From Dissulfurimicrobium hydrothermale (GTDB lineage Bacteria; Desulfobacterota; Dissulfuribacteria; Dissulfuribacterales; Sh68), in the NCBI RefSeq assembly GCF_022026155.1, contig NZ_CP085041.1:70306-94305 (forward strand): a DNA stretch of 24,000 nt. The letters are read 5' to 3'. The notes below the pieces were generated by a model, which was not told the DNA's origin, did no database searches, and saw only the letters and a list, made by a program, of their open reading frames with translations. The translations under genes and the position numbers were made by a program. Below are positions 14,257 through 22,760 of the stretch, piece after piece. Every line of letters starts with the position of its first letter. Positions within the stretch are counted from its first letter, which is position 1.

Positions 14257-15126
14257 ATGAAAAAGATTTTTTCTCTCTCACTCAGTCTTGTTGCAGCATT
14301 GATGCTTGCAATGTGGTCAAGCCAGGCGGGGGCCATAACGCTTGGTGAGTATGCCCCTGGACAGCTTGTGCCTTTCGTGGTACAAGGGGACAATATAGAC
14401 ACAGTGGTGGGTCTCACGTGCAAAAATACAAGTGGATGCACTGTTTACTGGACCTTCTTTGATGTGAACAGCAACCATGTAACTGACAGTCAATTCAAAA
14501 TTTCAGCAAACGGTTTTTATCCTTTTTCATGGAAGAAATATTCAGGGGTAGGCCTTGCAAATACACGAGGATATCTGGTCTTCTCATCTGGCTCTTTGGC
14601 AACAACGTCTACTACTTCTGATATTGCAGCTAATGCATTTTTAGTTGACACCACCGCCAAGGATGCCGTCTTTGTGCCTGTTTTACCTTTAGCAGGTACT
14701 GATTATGCTGCCGGTACCGACCTAACCAAGATGACTTCAACCAGCATCATTTCAGCTGTGGCTGCTACCGCCCCTGGCAAGACCCTTGATGTCCGTTACT
14801 GGATTGACCCGGCATACAGTGCTACTACTACTGTAGAATTCTGGTCAGTTTGCGATATAACCGGTAATCAGACTGTTGATATCTTTGACGATCAAGAGAA
14901 CCGCCAATCTGTCAATATTCCTTTTGCAAATGCTGAGCTAAACACTATAGATCCATCAACAATCGTGGGAAGGCCTGCCAGCTTTGTGGATGGCTTTATA
15001 AGATTCGTAGTGCCAGCGCCTGCTACTTGCGCAACAGGGGAAACAAACGACATGCTGGTCTTCAGCTATGTTGACTCGCACTTGATCGGCGCCACCCAGA
15101 CCATGCTTGCTGGCGAACAAAACTAG
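14257..15126 (+). CDS. Secreted Thr/Ala/Val-rich protein of unknown function with two apparent tandem beta-rich domains
   Basis: 289 aa. It has a Sec signal peptide, MKKIFSLSLSLVAALMLAMWSSQAGA|ITLGEY. The gene has a strong RBS and a strong downstream terminator. The sequence shows an internal repeat pattern. I recognise no enzyme motif, and there is no CxxCH or PEP-CTERM motif. Confidence 0.75.
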   Translation: MKKIFSLSLSLVAALMLAMWSSQAGAITLGEYAPGQLVPFVVQGDNIDTVVGLTCKNTSGCTVYWTFFDVNSNHVTDSQFKISANGFYPFSWKKYSGVGLANTRGYLVFSSGSLATTSTTSDIAANAFLVDTTAKDAVFVPVLPLAGTDYAAGTDLTKMTSTSIISAVAATAPGKTLDVRYWIDPAYSATTTVEFWSVCDITGNQTVDIFDDQENRQSVNIPFANAELNTIDPSTIVGRPASFVDGFIRFVVPAPATCATGETNDMLVFSYVDSHLIGATQTMLAGEQN

Positions 15127-15180
15127 TAGTATAGAATGCGCCCTGTTCCTCGGCGCATCGTTCGAGCAACAACCTGAAAA

Positions 15181-15206
15181 GGCGGGGTTTTACCCCGCCT
15201 TTTTTT
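15181..15206 (+). terminator. Rho-independent terminator (GGCGGGGT-TTT-ACCCCGCC followed by T7)
   Basis: A perfect 8-bp GC-rich stem at 15181-15199 is followed by TTTTTTT at 15200-15206. A short A-run upstream could give weak bidirectional function for the convergent toxin gene. Confidence 0.8.
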
Positions 15207-15265
15207 ATTTTCATTTCATCACCTATCCACCCCGCTCGCGGGAAACTCCATGGGCGGGTTTTTGT

Positions 15266-15496
15266 TTAACCCCTTTGGAGAACAAGAATATCTGCGCCCA
15301 CAAGGGCATAAATTACCCTATAGTCACCAATACGATACTTGCGTAGCCCGGCAAATTGACCTTTGAGTACCGGATGCGATTCAGGTTTCTTCGTAAGCCC
15401 TTGTTCTATTTGGTCAAGGATGCGGCTGGCCTCAGCTTTTGACAACTTCTTGAGATCGCGATGTACCGACTTCTTGTAGACAACGTTATAAGCCAA
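15266..15496 (-). CDS. RelE/ParE-family type II toxin (short, with an atypical C-terminal end)
   Basis: 76 aa: MAYNVVYKKSVHRDLKKLSKAEASRILDQIE...LRKYRIGDYRVIYALVGADILVLQRG*. The core pattern is typical of ParE_toxin/RelE. The gene overlaps the antitoxin by 11 nt. Confidence 0.8.
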   Translation of the reverse strand: MAYNVVYKKSVHRDLKKLSKAEASRILDQIEQGLTKKPESHPVLKGQFAGLRKYRIGDYRVIYALVGADILVLQRG

Positions 15497-15704
15497 GTGA
15501 CTCCCTCAGTTCTTTGCCGGAAATGATAGCATCACCCTTGTCGTAGAGCCGATCGAGTGCGATCTGAAGATCGGCAAAATCTTCAATGTATGACTCTAGC
15601 GCTTTCTGGATAATAAAGGAGCGCGGCCTCTCAGTTTCTTTGGCTATGCTGTCGAGCTGATCGACGAGATATTTGGGAAGCCTAACAGATATTGCTGTAT
15701 TCAT
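15486..15704 (-). CDS. Ribbon-helix-helix (CopG/RelB-like) type II antitoxin
   Basis: 72 aa. The N-terminal ISVRLPKYLVDQLDSIAKETERPRSFIIQKALESYI fits an RHH pattern. The RBS AGGAG lies 7 nt upstream. Confidence 0.8.
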   Translation of the reverse strand: MNTAISVRLPKYLVDQLDSIAKETERPRSFIIQKALESYIEDFADLQIALDRLYDKGDAIISGKELRESLGL

Positions 15705-15722
15705 AGTGCATCTCCTGTCATT

Positions 15723-15735
15723 GATGTATTACATC
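15723..15735. promoter_or_regulatory. Candidate TA operator: perfect inverted repeat GATGTA-T-TACATC nested inside the 7-bp inverted repeat CTCCTGT/ACAGGAG (15712-15747)
   Basis: The palindrome lies 19-31 nt upstream of the antitoxin ATG, where autoregulatory RHH operators are normally found. Confidence 0.4.
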
Positions 15736-15886
15736 TGTACACAGGAGAATGGCAGAAAATTGCTGATGCCTGTTAATTATTTGTTGCCACCCCATTTATT
15801 TGGTGCTGATTTAGACATCAAATACAACACCAATTCATCTGGAACGGCCTAGCGATTCCGGATTATTCCGATTATATTATCTGCCT

Positions 15887-16531
15887 ATGGATCTTAGTAA
15901 TATCATACAAAAACTCGCCATACTTGTCCCACCCATACTCCTGGCCGTAACAGTGCATGAAATGGCCCACGGATGGGTGGCATACCGCCTTGGGGACCCG
16001 ACGGCCAAGATGCAGGGGCGTCTTACCTTCAACCCCATCCGCCACCTGGATCCGGTCGGGACCCTTGTCTTCTTTATGACCCAGACCATAGGCTGGGCAA
16101 GGCCTGTGCCGGTTGATCCGCGCTATTTCAAGTCGCCAAGAAGAGACATGATCTGGGTCTCGCTGGCAGGGCCTGCGGCCAACCTGATCCTTGCAGCCCT
16201 TAGCGCCTTGCTTTTAAGGGAGACGGCTGGTTTTCTGCAAGGGATATGGGGCCCTTCTCTGTATTTTGCCCGGCCCCTTGTGTATATGGCCTATGTGAGC
16301 GTCCAGATAAACATAGGGCTTGCGATATTCAATCTGATCCCTATCCCGCCTTTGGATGGGAGCAAGGTGCTGATAGGGCTCTTGCCCCTTAAACTTGCAA
16401 TCTGGTATGAGCAGTTTGAACGCTACGGCTTTATTCTCATACTTATCCTTGTCTTTACAGGGGTCACAGGGCGCATTATAGTCCCGCTGATCATCTATTT
16501 GAACAGATTGTTCATGGGCGTGATACCCTAA
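15887..16531 (+). CDS. Site-2 protease family (peptidase M50) membrane metalloprotease
   Basis: 214 aa and polytopic. It has HEMAHG (HExxH) and FNLIPIPPLDG (NxxPxxxLDG), the two S2P signature motifs. Confidence 0.85.
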   Translation: MDLSNIIQKLAILVPPILLAVTVHEMAHGWVAYRLGDPTAKMQGRLTFNPIRHLDPVGTLVFFMTQTIGWARPVPVDPRYFKSPRRDMIWVSLAGPAANLILAALSALLLRETAGFLQGIWGPSLYFARPLVYMAYVSVQINIGLAIFNLIPIPPLDGSKVLIGLLPLKLAIWYEQFERYGFILILILVFTGVTGRIIVPLIIYLNRLFMGVIP

Positions 16532-16557
16532 ATACCTATATCTAGTTGAGGACTGTT

Positions 16558-17550
16558 ATGCAAAGGGTGCTTAGCGGCATGAGGCCGTCGGGCAGGCTTC
16601 ATATCGGGCATCTGCACGGGGTGCTTGAGAATTGGAAAAGGCTTCAGCGGACTTATGAGTGTTATTTTTTTGTAGCTGATTGGCACGCTCTTACGACGAA
16701 CTATGAAGATCCCAGCGCCATATATGGCAATATAGGCGAGATGGTCCTTGACTGGCTCTCTGTCGGCATAGATCCTGATAAATCCACCATCTTTTTACAG
16801 TCGGATATAAAAGAACATGCTGAGCTATACCTCCTTCTATCCATGATCACCCCGGTCCCGTGGCTTGAGCGCAATCCAACCTATAAGGAACAGCGTGAGC
16901 AGCTGACAGATAAGGACCTTTCGACCTTCGGTTTCCTTGGATATCCTGTTCTTCAGGCGGCGGATATAATCATATACAAGGCACACAAGGTCCCAGTCGG
17001 GGTGGATCAGCTTCCTCATGTGGAATTGACCAGGGAGATCGCGAGGAGGTTCAATTATCTCTATGGAGAGGTGTTCCCGGAGCCTGACGCCCTTCTGACC
17101 GCTGTTCCAAAACTGCCTGGCCTTGATGGTAGAAAGATGAGCAAGAGTTATGAAAACTCCATCTTTATTACCGATCCGCCTGCAGTCATAAGAAAAAAGA
17201 TCTCGACTATTGTCACGGACATTGAACGCCCGAGAAAGGACGATCCTGGCGATCCTGAGAGGCGCTGCGTGGCCTTTAATCTCCACAAGCTCTATATGAC
17301 CGATGACCGTATAAGAGAGATCGTAGAGGACTGTAGAGCCGCGCGCCTTGGGTGTGTCGCATGTAAAAAGGAACTCGCAGAGGCCTTGATTGATTATCTC
17401 GCCCCTATTCAAGAACGCCGGGCCACCATGTCCTCTGAGCCTGGCCTTGTGGCCTCTGTCCTTGAGCAGGGCGCAGGCAAGGCAAGGCGTGTCGCCGTAG
17501 AGACCATGGAAGAGGTGCGAAGCGCAATTTGGAGCCCCAGTGCCAGGTAA
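16558..17550 (+). CDS. trpS: Tryptophan--tRNA ligase
   Basis: It has the class I HIGH-type motif GRLHIGHLHG, plus KMSKS, ADWHALT and VGVDQLPH. I prefer ATG 16558 because GAGGA lies 5 nt upstream; the track start is TTG 16546. Confidence 0.95.
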   Translation: MQRVLSGMRPSGRLHIGHLHGVLENWKRLQRTYECYFFVADWHALTTNYEDPSAIYGNIGEMVLDWLSVGIDPDKSTIFLQSDIKEHAELYLLLSMITPVPWLERNPTYKEQREQLTDKDLSTFGFLGYPVLQAADIIIYKAHKVPVGVDQLPHVELTREIARRFNYLYGEVFPEPDALLTAVPKLPGLDGRKMSKSYENSIFITDPPAVIRKKISTIVTDIERPRKDDPGDPERRCVAFNLHKLYMTDDRIREIVEDCRAARLGCVACKKELAEALIDYLAPIQERRATMSSEPGLVASVLEQGAGKARRVAVETMEEVRSAIWSPSAR

Positions 17551-18284
17551 GACTTGAGGTCTTTGAGGGGCCTCTTGACCTCCTTTTATATCTTATAAAC
17601 AAGAACAAGCTCGATATAGCCGACATACCCATTGCCCTGGTCACGGCCCAGTATCTTGAATATCTGGAGTTCATGCAGGCCCTTGATCTGGTTGTTGCAG
17701 GCGAATACCTTGTGATGGCCGCAACCTTGCTTCAGATAAAGTCCAAGATGCTTCTCCCTGCCCCGACATTAGGCGCTTGCGGCGCCGAAGATGACCCAAG
17801 GTCTGAGATAGTAAGGCCCTTGAAAGGGCTTGTCGAGATACGCCGGCTTGCACAGGCGCTTGATGCAAGGGAGCTTTTGGGCAGGGATGTCTTCATCAGA
17901 GATGCAGATACAGAAAGCCAGGCGACAGAGAGCGATCTCCCAGCGCTTTCGAAAGGCAACGCCGGCTGTGTTCCGCGGCACGAGGATGTGGATTTGCTTG
18001 ATCTGGTCTCGGCATTCAGGTCGGTCATAAAAAATAGAAGGCTACCAAGGGTAGTTGAGATTGAAGAGGCTAGGTGTGACCTTGTCCAGACGATGGGGTG
18101 TGTATTGGGTCTTGTTTCTAGTACGGGCAGGGTAAGTTTTTGTGACCTCTTAACAGACGGCGACAGAAAGACGGCGGTTTGTATCTTTATTTCGCTTCTT
18201 GAGCTGGCGAGGCAAAAAAGGGTGCGCCTTCTTCAAGACGTTCATGGCAAGGACATAGTTATCGTCATGAGGGCATCGTCTTAG
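17529..18284 (+). CDS. scpA: Segregation and condensation protein A (kleisin)
   Basis: 251 aa with LEVFEGPLDLLLYLINKNKLDI...IALVTAQYLEYL, the ScpA N-terminal signature. It uses a TTG start that overlaps the trpS 3' end. Confidence 0.9.
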   Translation: MEPQCQVRLEVFEGPLDLLLYLINKNKLDIADIPIALVTAQYLEYLEFMQALDLVVAGEYLVMAATLLQIKSKMLLPAPTLGACGAEDDPRSEIVRPLKGLVEIRRLAQALDARELLGRDVFIRDADTESQATESDLPALSKGNAGCVPRHEDVDLLDLVSAFRSVIKNRRLPRVVEIEEARCDLVQTMGCVLGLVSSTGRVSFCDLLTDGDRKTAVCIFISLLELARQKRVRLLQDVHGKDIVIVMRASS

Positions 18285-20575
18285 TCTCCGCTCCAGCCGC
18301 CTATGCCCAGGAGCTCGAGGTTGAAGCCGAAGACGTTTTCATCTTTATTTTTTTTGTAACTACATGTAATCGCCCAGCAGCTTGCCTGATATCTTAGACC
18401 ATAGACGGATTCGACCTCATTTCCATTCTGCACTGACCACGAAGTCCTGTATGTCGCCCTCCAGGCCGCCGTAATGGGGAACATGGCATTTATATCAAGT
18501 GAGTTTATCTTTTCGATGCGGTTATAGCGGTAACTGAGCGCCAGATCCTCGCCTTCATGCTTTGAGACGCCGGTCCAGAGATTATAGCTTGTAAAGCCGT
18601 CGCCATAGAGGTTGTATGTGGTGTCGTAACGGATGTACCAGTAAGGGATAGGCCAGCAGTCAATCTCTCCGTAGATATCTGAAAACTTGTGGTTGGTGTC
18701 TATGGGTTTGGGTATGAGGGTGTTGCGGTTAAAGATGTCGTAGCTGTAGTTTTGTACCTCAGGCGGACCCGGCGGGATGCCGTGCGTGTCGTAGCTTTGT
18801 TCGACATAGAATCTTATTAGGTCCGAAAAGGCATATCTGTCTTTGCCAAGCGGTTTTTTGCTGCTCAGGAAGGAGAGTACCGACCACGTAAATCTATTTA
18901 GCGGATCAAGGCGGTCCAGGTTGTCGATGAATGGGATGTGCGTTTGATCTACAGTGGGTCTGTATGTATATGCGAGCTTGGGACGTATGGTATGACGCAG
19001 CGAAAGGCCGTCGCCCATATCAAATATCCTTGCTAGATTTGTGCTCACCTGCGTATTGAATGTGTAAAGACCACGGTTCTTGGTATCTTTTGGGCGTATA
19101 TTTTGCGTGGAACCGCTAGACGTATACATGGTCTCCTGGACTGAAAGAGAGGCCAGACCGTTCAGCCAGCCTTTGAGCTTGAAAGGCAGGGATGTGGTCG
19201 GTTCAAGGTTTATACGCTGTTCTTTTGTGTCGGAGTCACGCCAATAGTTTACATACGAGGCGTCCCAGTTGTAGTAGAGCCGTGTGTTGGCAAGGGGGAC
19301 GTCAAAACCGTGGAAAACGAGCTTGGGCAGTGTCTGAACAGTGGTGGATTGCTCCCCGGTGACGAGGTTCTGATTGTAACGCATCTCGCCCCCTACAAAG
19401 CTGTCCTCGCCGTTTCTTGTGATCTGGAGACTCGATGGCCTTATGGTGTCTGTTATGTCAGCCATGGAACGACCGAAGTTTTTTAGGAACGTCCTGTTGG
19501 TCTGATCAAAACCCATCGGCCCCCCGTTAAATTCCTGGAGGTAATCCCTGTCGCTGACCAGGTCTATATCGACCTTGGCTTTAAAGCCCAATGGCAGCTC
19601 CTGATCGATCTTGCCTCTGAGCCACCATCTTTCAGAGTTCCTTCTTATCTGGCCGTCGTTATTGTAGTCATTATCCTTCAGATTGTCGCTCAGGTGATTA
19701 TAGCGTATAATTCCCCTTGATTCAGGAGAAAAGACGTGTCGGAATTCAACTCCCTCCATCCAGCCCCTGTTGCTCATCAGGTCTTGGTAAAAGGTCGCGT
19801 CCATGCTGTCGTTTATGGCCCAGAAATAAGGGACGTCGATCTCTGCGCCGTTTCTGCTCGAATTGGCGAAATAGGGCAGCAGGAAGCCGGATTTTCTGTA
19901 TCTGTTAATCGGGATGGATATCCAGGGGGAATAGAGTACCGGCACGTTTTCTATATTGAACCTTGCATCCTTGGCGACTGCCTGGCCTGTGATGGTAAGT
20001 CTTAAATCGCTGCATCGGAAGCTCCATGCCTGTTTCGGAAGTGGGCATGTACTTATGACCGCATCCTTAGCCCTGTATTCCTCGGCCCCTGTCTTCCAGA
20101 GCTGTTTCGCCACTAGATGGACATTATTTCTCTTGAGGAAGAGATGCGCCCCTTTCATGGTACCGGTTGAGGTCTTCAGATCGAATTCCCCTTCCTCGCC
20201 CCTCAAGACCCCTTGATCCATATCCATTACAACCGCCCCGTTGGCCCAGACCTTTCCTTTTCGTGTGTCGTAGAGGATCCTGTCGGCCGATATCTTCAAT
20301 TCGCCGTGCCTGATGTTGACCGCCCCTTCTCCGAGGATGGCGTCTGTTGATTGATAGAACGTGAGTTTCTCCGCCTCTATATGCCATGGCTCGACGCCTT
20401 TGGGGGGTTCGGCTGGTCCATCAAGATGGGGGTGCCCAGGGGACGGTTGTCCTCCAGCCTGATGCGGCGGTTCGTGCGATGCATCCAGACCGTCTGCGGA
20501 TACAGATTTGACCCCGGACAGGATGCAAATCAACAGGATGCAAATCAATTTAAGTGGACATGGCCGAGTCATCAT
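18281..20575 (-). CDS. lptD: LPS-assembly outer-membrane protein LptD (OstA family)
   Basis: 764 aa with a signal peptide. The N-terminus is OstA-like (ADRILYD...VWANGAVVM...). The large C-terminal region is aromatic- and Gly-rich, as expected for a beta-barrel. Confidence 0.9.
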   Translation of the reverse strand: MMTRPCPLKLICILLICILSGVKSVSADGLDASHEPPHQAGGQPSPGHPHLDGPAEPPKGVEPWHIEAEKLTFYQSTDAILGEGAVNIRHGELKISADRILYDTRKGKVWANGAVVMDMDQGVLRGEEGEFDLKTSTGTMKGAHLFLKRNNVHLVAKQLWKTGAEEYRAKDAVISTCPLPKQAWSFRCSDLRLTITGQAVAKDARFNIENVPVLYSPWISIPINRYRKSGFLLPYFANSSRNGAEIDVPYFWAINDSMDATFYQDLMSNRGWMEGVEFRHVFSPESRGIIRYNHLSDNLKDNDYNNDGQIRRNSERWWLRGKIDQELPLGFKAKVDIDLVSDRDYLQEFNGGPMGFDQTNRTFLKNFGRSMADITDTIRPSSLQITRNGEDSFVGGEMRYNQNLVTGEQSTTVQTLPKLVFHGFDVPLANTRLYYNWDASYVNYWRDSDTKEQRINLEPTTSLPFKLKGWLNGLASLSVQETMYTSSGSTQNIRPKDTKNRGLYTFNTQVSTNLARIFDMGDGLSLRHTIRPKLAYTYRPTVDQTHIPFIDNLDRLDPLNRFTWSVLSFLSSKKPLGKDRYAFSDLIRFYVEQSYDTHGIPPGPPEVQNYSYDIFNRNTLIPKPIDTNHKFSDIYGEIDCWPIPYWYIRYDTTYNLYGDGFTSYNLWTGVSKHEGEDLALSYRYNRIEKINSLDINAMFPITAAWRATYRTSWSVQNGNEVESVYGLRYQASCWAITCSYKKNKDENVFGFNLELLGIGGWSGD
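20518..20547. repeat. Perfect 2 x 15-bp tandem duplication (ACAGGATGCAAATCA) inside the lptD signal-peptide coding region
   Basis: Read directly from the sequence: 20518-20532 is identical to 20533-20547. It encodes LICIL-LICIL in the hydrophobic core of the signal peptide. Confidence 0.9.
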
Positions 20576-20747
20576 AACCTAATGACCGTTAGTATCATAT
20601 AGGTGGGTTGTTTTCAATGGATGTACCGCCTTATTTTACAGGAATGTCTATTATCCATCCTTGATTTTATTTTAGACAGTCTTTATACAAGAAGCGATTG
20701 TCGTGATGCTTTCATAATTCTACAATTCAGGTCGTGCGATAGGATAG

Positions 20748-21359
20748 ATGGTTATGTCGAACAATTTTTTTTGGCCGGTTCTTGCGTACCTTGCTGGGTC
20801 TATCCCGTTCGGCCTCTTGTTTGCAAGGATCAAGGGGGTGGATCTAAGGGGGAGCGGGAGCGGCAATATAGGTGCAACCAACGTAATGAGGGTTATGGGC
20901 AAGGGTGCCGGTTTCCTGACCTTGCTGGCTGATCTGGCCAAAGGGTTTTTGCCGATCGTATTGCTCAGGCTGGTCGGTTCCGGTCTATCTGATCCGGGCA
21001 TCCTGGCGCTTACGGGGCTTGGGGCGGTGATCGGCCATTGCTATCCGCTCTTTCTTGGATTCCGCGGTGGCAAGGGCGTGGCGACGTCCGCAGGTGTCTT
21101 ACTGGCAGTCTGTCCGTCAGCCCTTTGTGTGGCAGCCGCCATTTTCTTGATTGTGGCAAGGGTGACGGGGTTTGTATCGGCTGGGTCTCTGGCTGCAGCC
21201 GCTATTGCACCAGCCGGTGTACATTTTTTCTGTCCAAGCGGTCCGGTCGAACTTATGGCATGGGCCATGGCCGTCCTTATCTGGTGGAAGCACAAGGAAA
21301 ATATAAGGCGGCTTCTGCGTGGAGAGGAGCATGGCTGGAAGGGTCCGCCTATGGTGTAG
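20748..21359 (+). CDS. plsY: Glycerol-3-phosphate acyltransferase PlsY
   Basis: 203 aa and polytopic, with GSIPFG, GSGNIGATNV and KGGKGVAT motifs. Confidence 0.95.
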   Translation: MVMSNNFFWPVLAYLAGSIPFGLLFARIKGVDLRGSGSGNIGATNVMRVMGKGAGFLTLLADLAKGFLPIVLLRLVGSGLSDPGILALTGLGAVIGHCYPLFLGFRGGKGVATSAGVLLAVCPSALCVAAAIFLIVARVTGFVSAGSLAAAAIAPAGVHFFCPSGPVELMAWAMAVLIWWKHKENIRRLLRGEEHGWKGPPMV

Positions 21360-21371
21360 ACGTATTGGATA

Positions 21372-22760
21372 CTATTCGCCGCTTAGTCCCAATTGTGCGA
21401 TTTTCCTATGCAAATGCCTCCTTTCCAGCCCTATAGCCTCTGCAGTTTTGGTTATATTGCCTCCATGTTCGGCCAATTTTTGCGCCAAATATTCCCGTTC
21501 GAACATCGCCTTGGCGTCGCGGAAGCTGTCACAGGAAAGCCATGGCCTGACGCCGTAGTCTGATGACCCTGCCGACGCCCGTTCGTCTTTAAGGCCCTTT
21601 TGATATGAAAGCGGCAGGTCTTCCAAGGTGATTTCAGATCCCTTTGAGAGTATTACCAGTCTTTCCGCAAGGTTTTTGAGTTCCCTCACATTTCCAGGCC
21701 AGTCGTGTCTTTTCAGTGCCTCTATTACATCGGGCGCAACTTTTTTATGGCCCTTTGCAGCCTTTTGGGCAAATTCTTGCAAAAAGACGTTCAAGAGGAG
21801 ATGGATATCTTCCTTGCGTTCCCTCAACGGTGGTACCTCAATCGGTATGACGTTCAAGCGGTAATATAGGTCTTCACGGAAGTTTCCGGCCTCTATCTCC
21901 TTCTCCAGGTCTTTGTTTGTGGCTGCTATGATGCGCACATCCACCTGGATGGTCTTTGCGCCGCCGACCCGTTCGAACCTCTGTTCTTGGAGTATCCTCA
22001 GGACCTTTGCCTGGGTTTTGAGGCTCATGTCGCCTATCTCGTCCAGAAAGAGCGTCCCACCGTTCGCAAGGTCGAATTTGCCCTGCTTCATGGATGTCGC
22101 CCCTGTAAACGCCCCCTTTTCATGTCCGAAGAGCTCACTTTCAATGAGTTCTTCAGGTATTGCCGCGCAGTTCACCTCGACGAGTGGCTTGCGCCCCCTT
22201 TTGCTCAGTCTATGGATCGTCTGCGCAACTAGTTCCTTGCCGGTGCCGTTTTCCCCCTGAATGAGTACCCAGGCATCCGTAGGACCGACGACAGCTATCT
22301 GTTCCTTAAGTTTCTGCATGGCCTGGCTCTGACCGACAAGTTCCCTAGATAAATCGGTCTTTTGTCGCAGCAATACGTTTTCTTCCTGCAACTCCTTGTA
22401 ATTAAGGGCGTTTCTGATAGTGAGGACAAGCTGTTCATAAGAAAGAGGTTTTTCTATGAAATCATATGCGCCGAGCTTTGTGGCCTTTACGGCCGTCTCT
22501 ATATTGCCATGACCTGACATTATTATGACTGGCAGAAACGGCCAGTCATCTTTGATCTTTTTTAACACATGGAGTCCGTCCATGCCTGGCATCCAGATGT
22601 CGAGGAGGACGAGATCCGGCAGGTCGTCCGCTATAGCGGCAAGGGCGGCCTCCCCATTGAGTGCCGATTTGACATCAAAACCCTCGTCTTCGAGGATCCC
22701 CTGCACCGTCTCAATGATGGTCTGTTCGTCATCGGTTATCAGTATTTTTTTCTTGAGCAT
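21372..22760 (-). CDS. Sigma-54-dependent response regulator (NtrC/NtrX-like: REC, AAA+, HTH)
   Basis: REC domain has ILITDDE...DIWMPGMDG. AAA+ domain has GENGTGKE and GAFTGA. The C-terminal HTH reads ITKTAEAIGLERRHLHRKIAQLGL. I prefer the ATG at 22760; TTG 22769 is the track start. The gene overlaps the 3' end of the HK gene. Confidence 0.9.
   Translation of the reverse strand: MLKKKILITDDEQTIIETVQGILEDEGFDVKSALNGEAALAAIADDLPDLVLLDIWMPGMDGLHVLKKIKDDWPFLPVIIMSGHGNIETAVKATKLGAYDFIEKPLSYEQLVLTIRNALNYKELQEENVLLRQKTDLSRELVGQSQAMQKLKEQIAVVGPTDAWVLIQGENGTGKELVAQTIHRLSKRGRKPLVEVNCAAIPEELIESELFGHEKGAFTGATSMKQGKFDLANGGTLFLDEIGDMSLKTQAKVLRILQEQRFERVGGAKTIQVDVRIIAATNKDLEKEIEAGNFREDLYYRLNVIPIEVPPLRERKEDIHLLLNVFLQEFAQKAAKGHKKVAPDVIEALKRHDWPGNVRELKNLAERLVILSKGSEITLEDLPLSYQKGLKDERASAGSSDYGVRPWLSCDSFRDAKAMFEREYLAQKLAEHGGNITKTAEAIGLERRHLHRKIAQLGLSGE

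Noticed and set aside
14115-14348. A 77-aa ORF spanning the intergenic spacer and the 5' end of the 14257 gene.
   Set aside because: It has no RBS and overlaps, out of frame, the well-supported signal-peptide gene. Its sequence is Lys/Gln-rich and low in complexity.
15231-15262. The short hairpin CCCGC-TC-GCGGG and the following GCGGGTTTTTG, considered as a second terminator or a repeat-element end next to the truncated toxin.
   Set aside because: The stems are only 4-5 bp with awkward loops. They may mark the recombination junction noted in the toxin finding, but they cannot be called a feature on their own.
16681-16696. A sigma-54-like -24 element, TGGCACGCTCTTACGA.
   Set aside because: It lies inside trpS, where it encodes the conserved DWHALT motif. 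The -12 position reads TACG rather than TTGC, and there is no downstream gene start.
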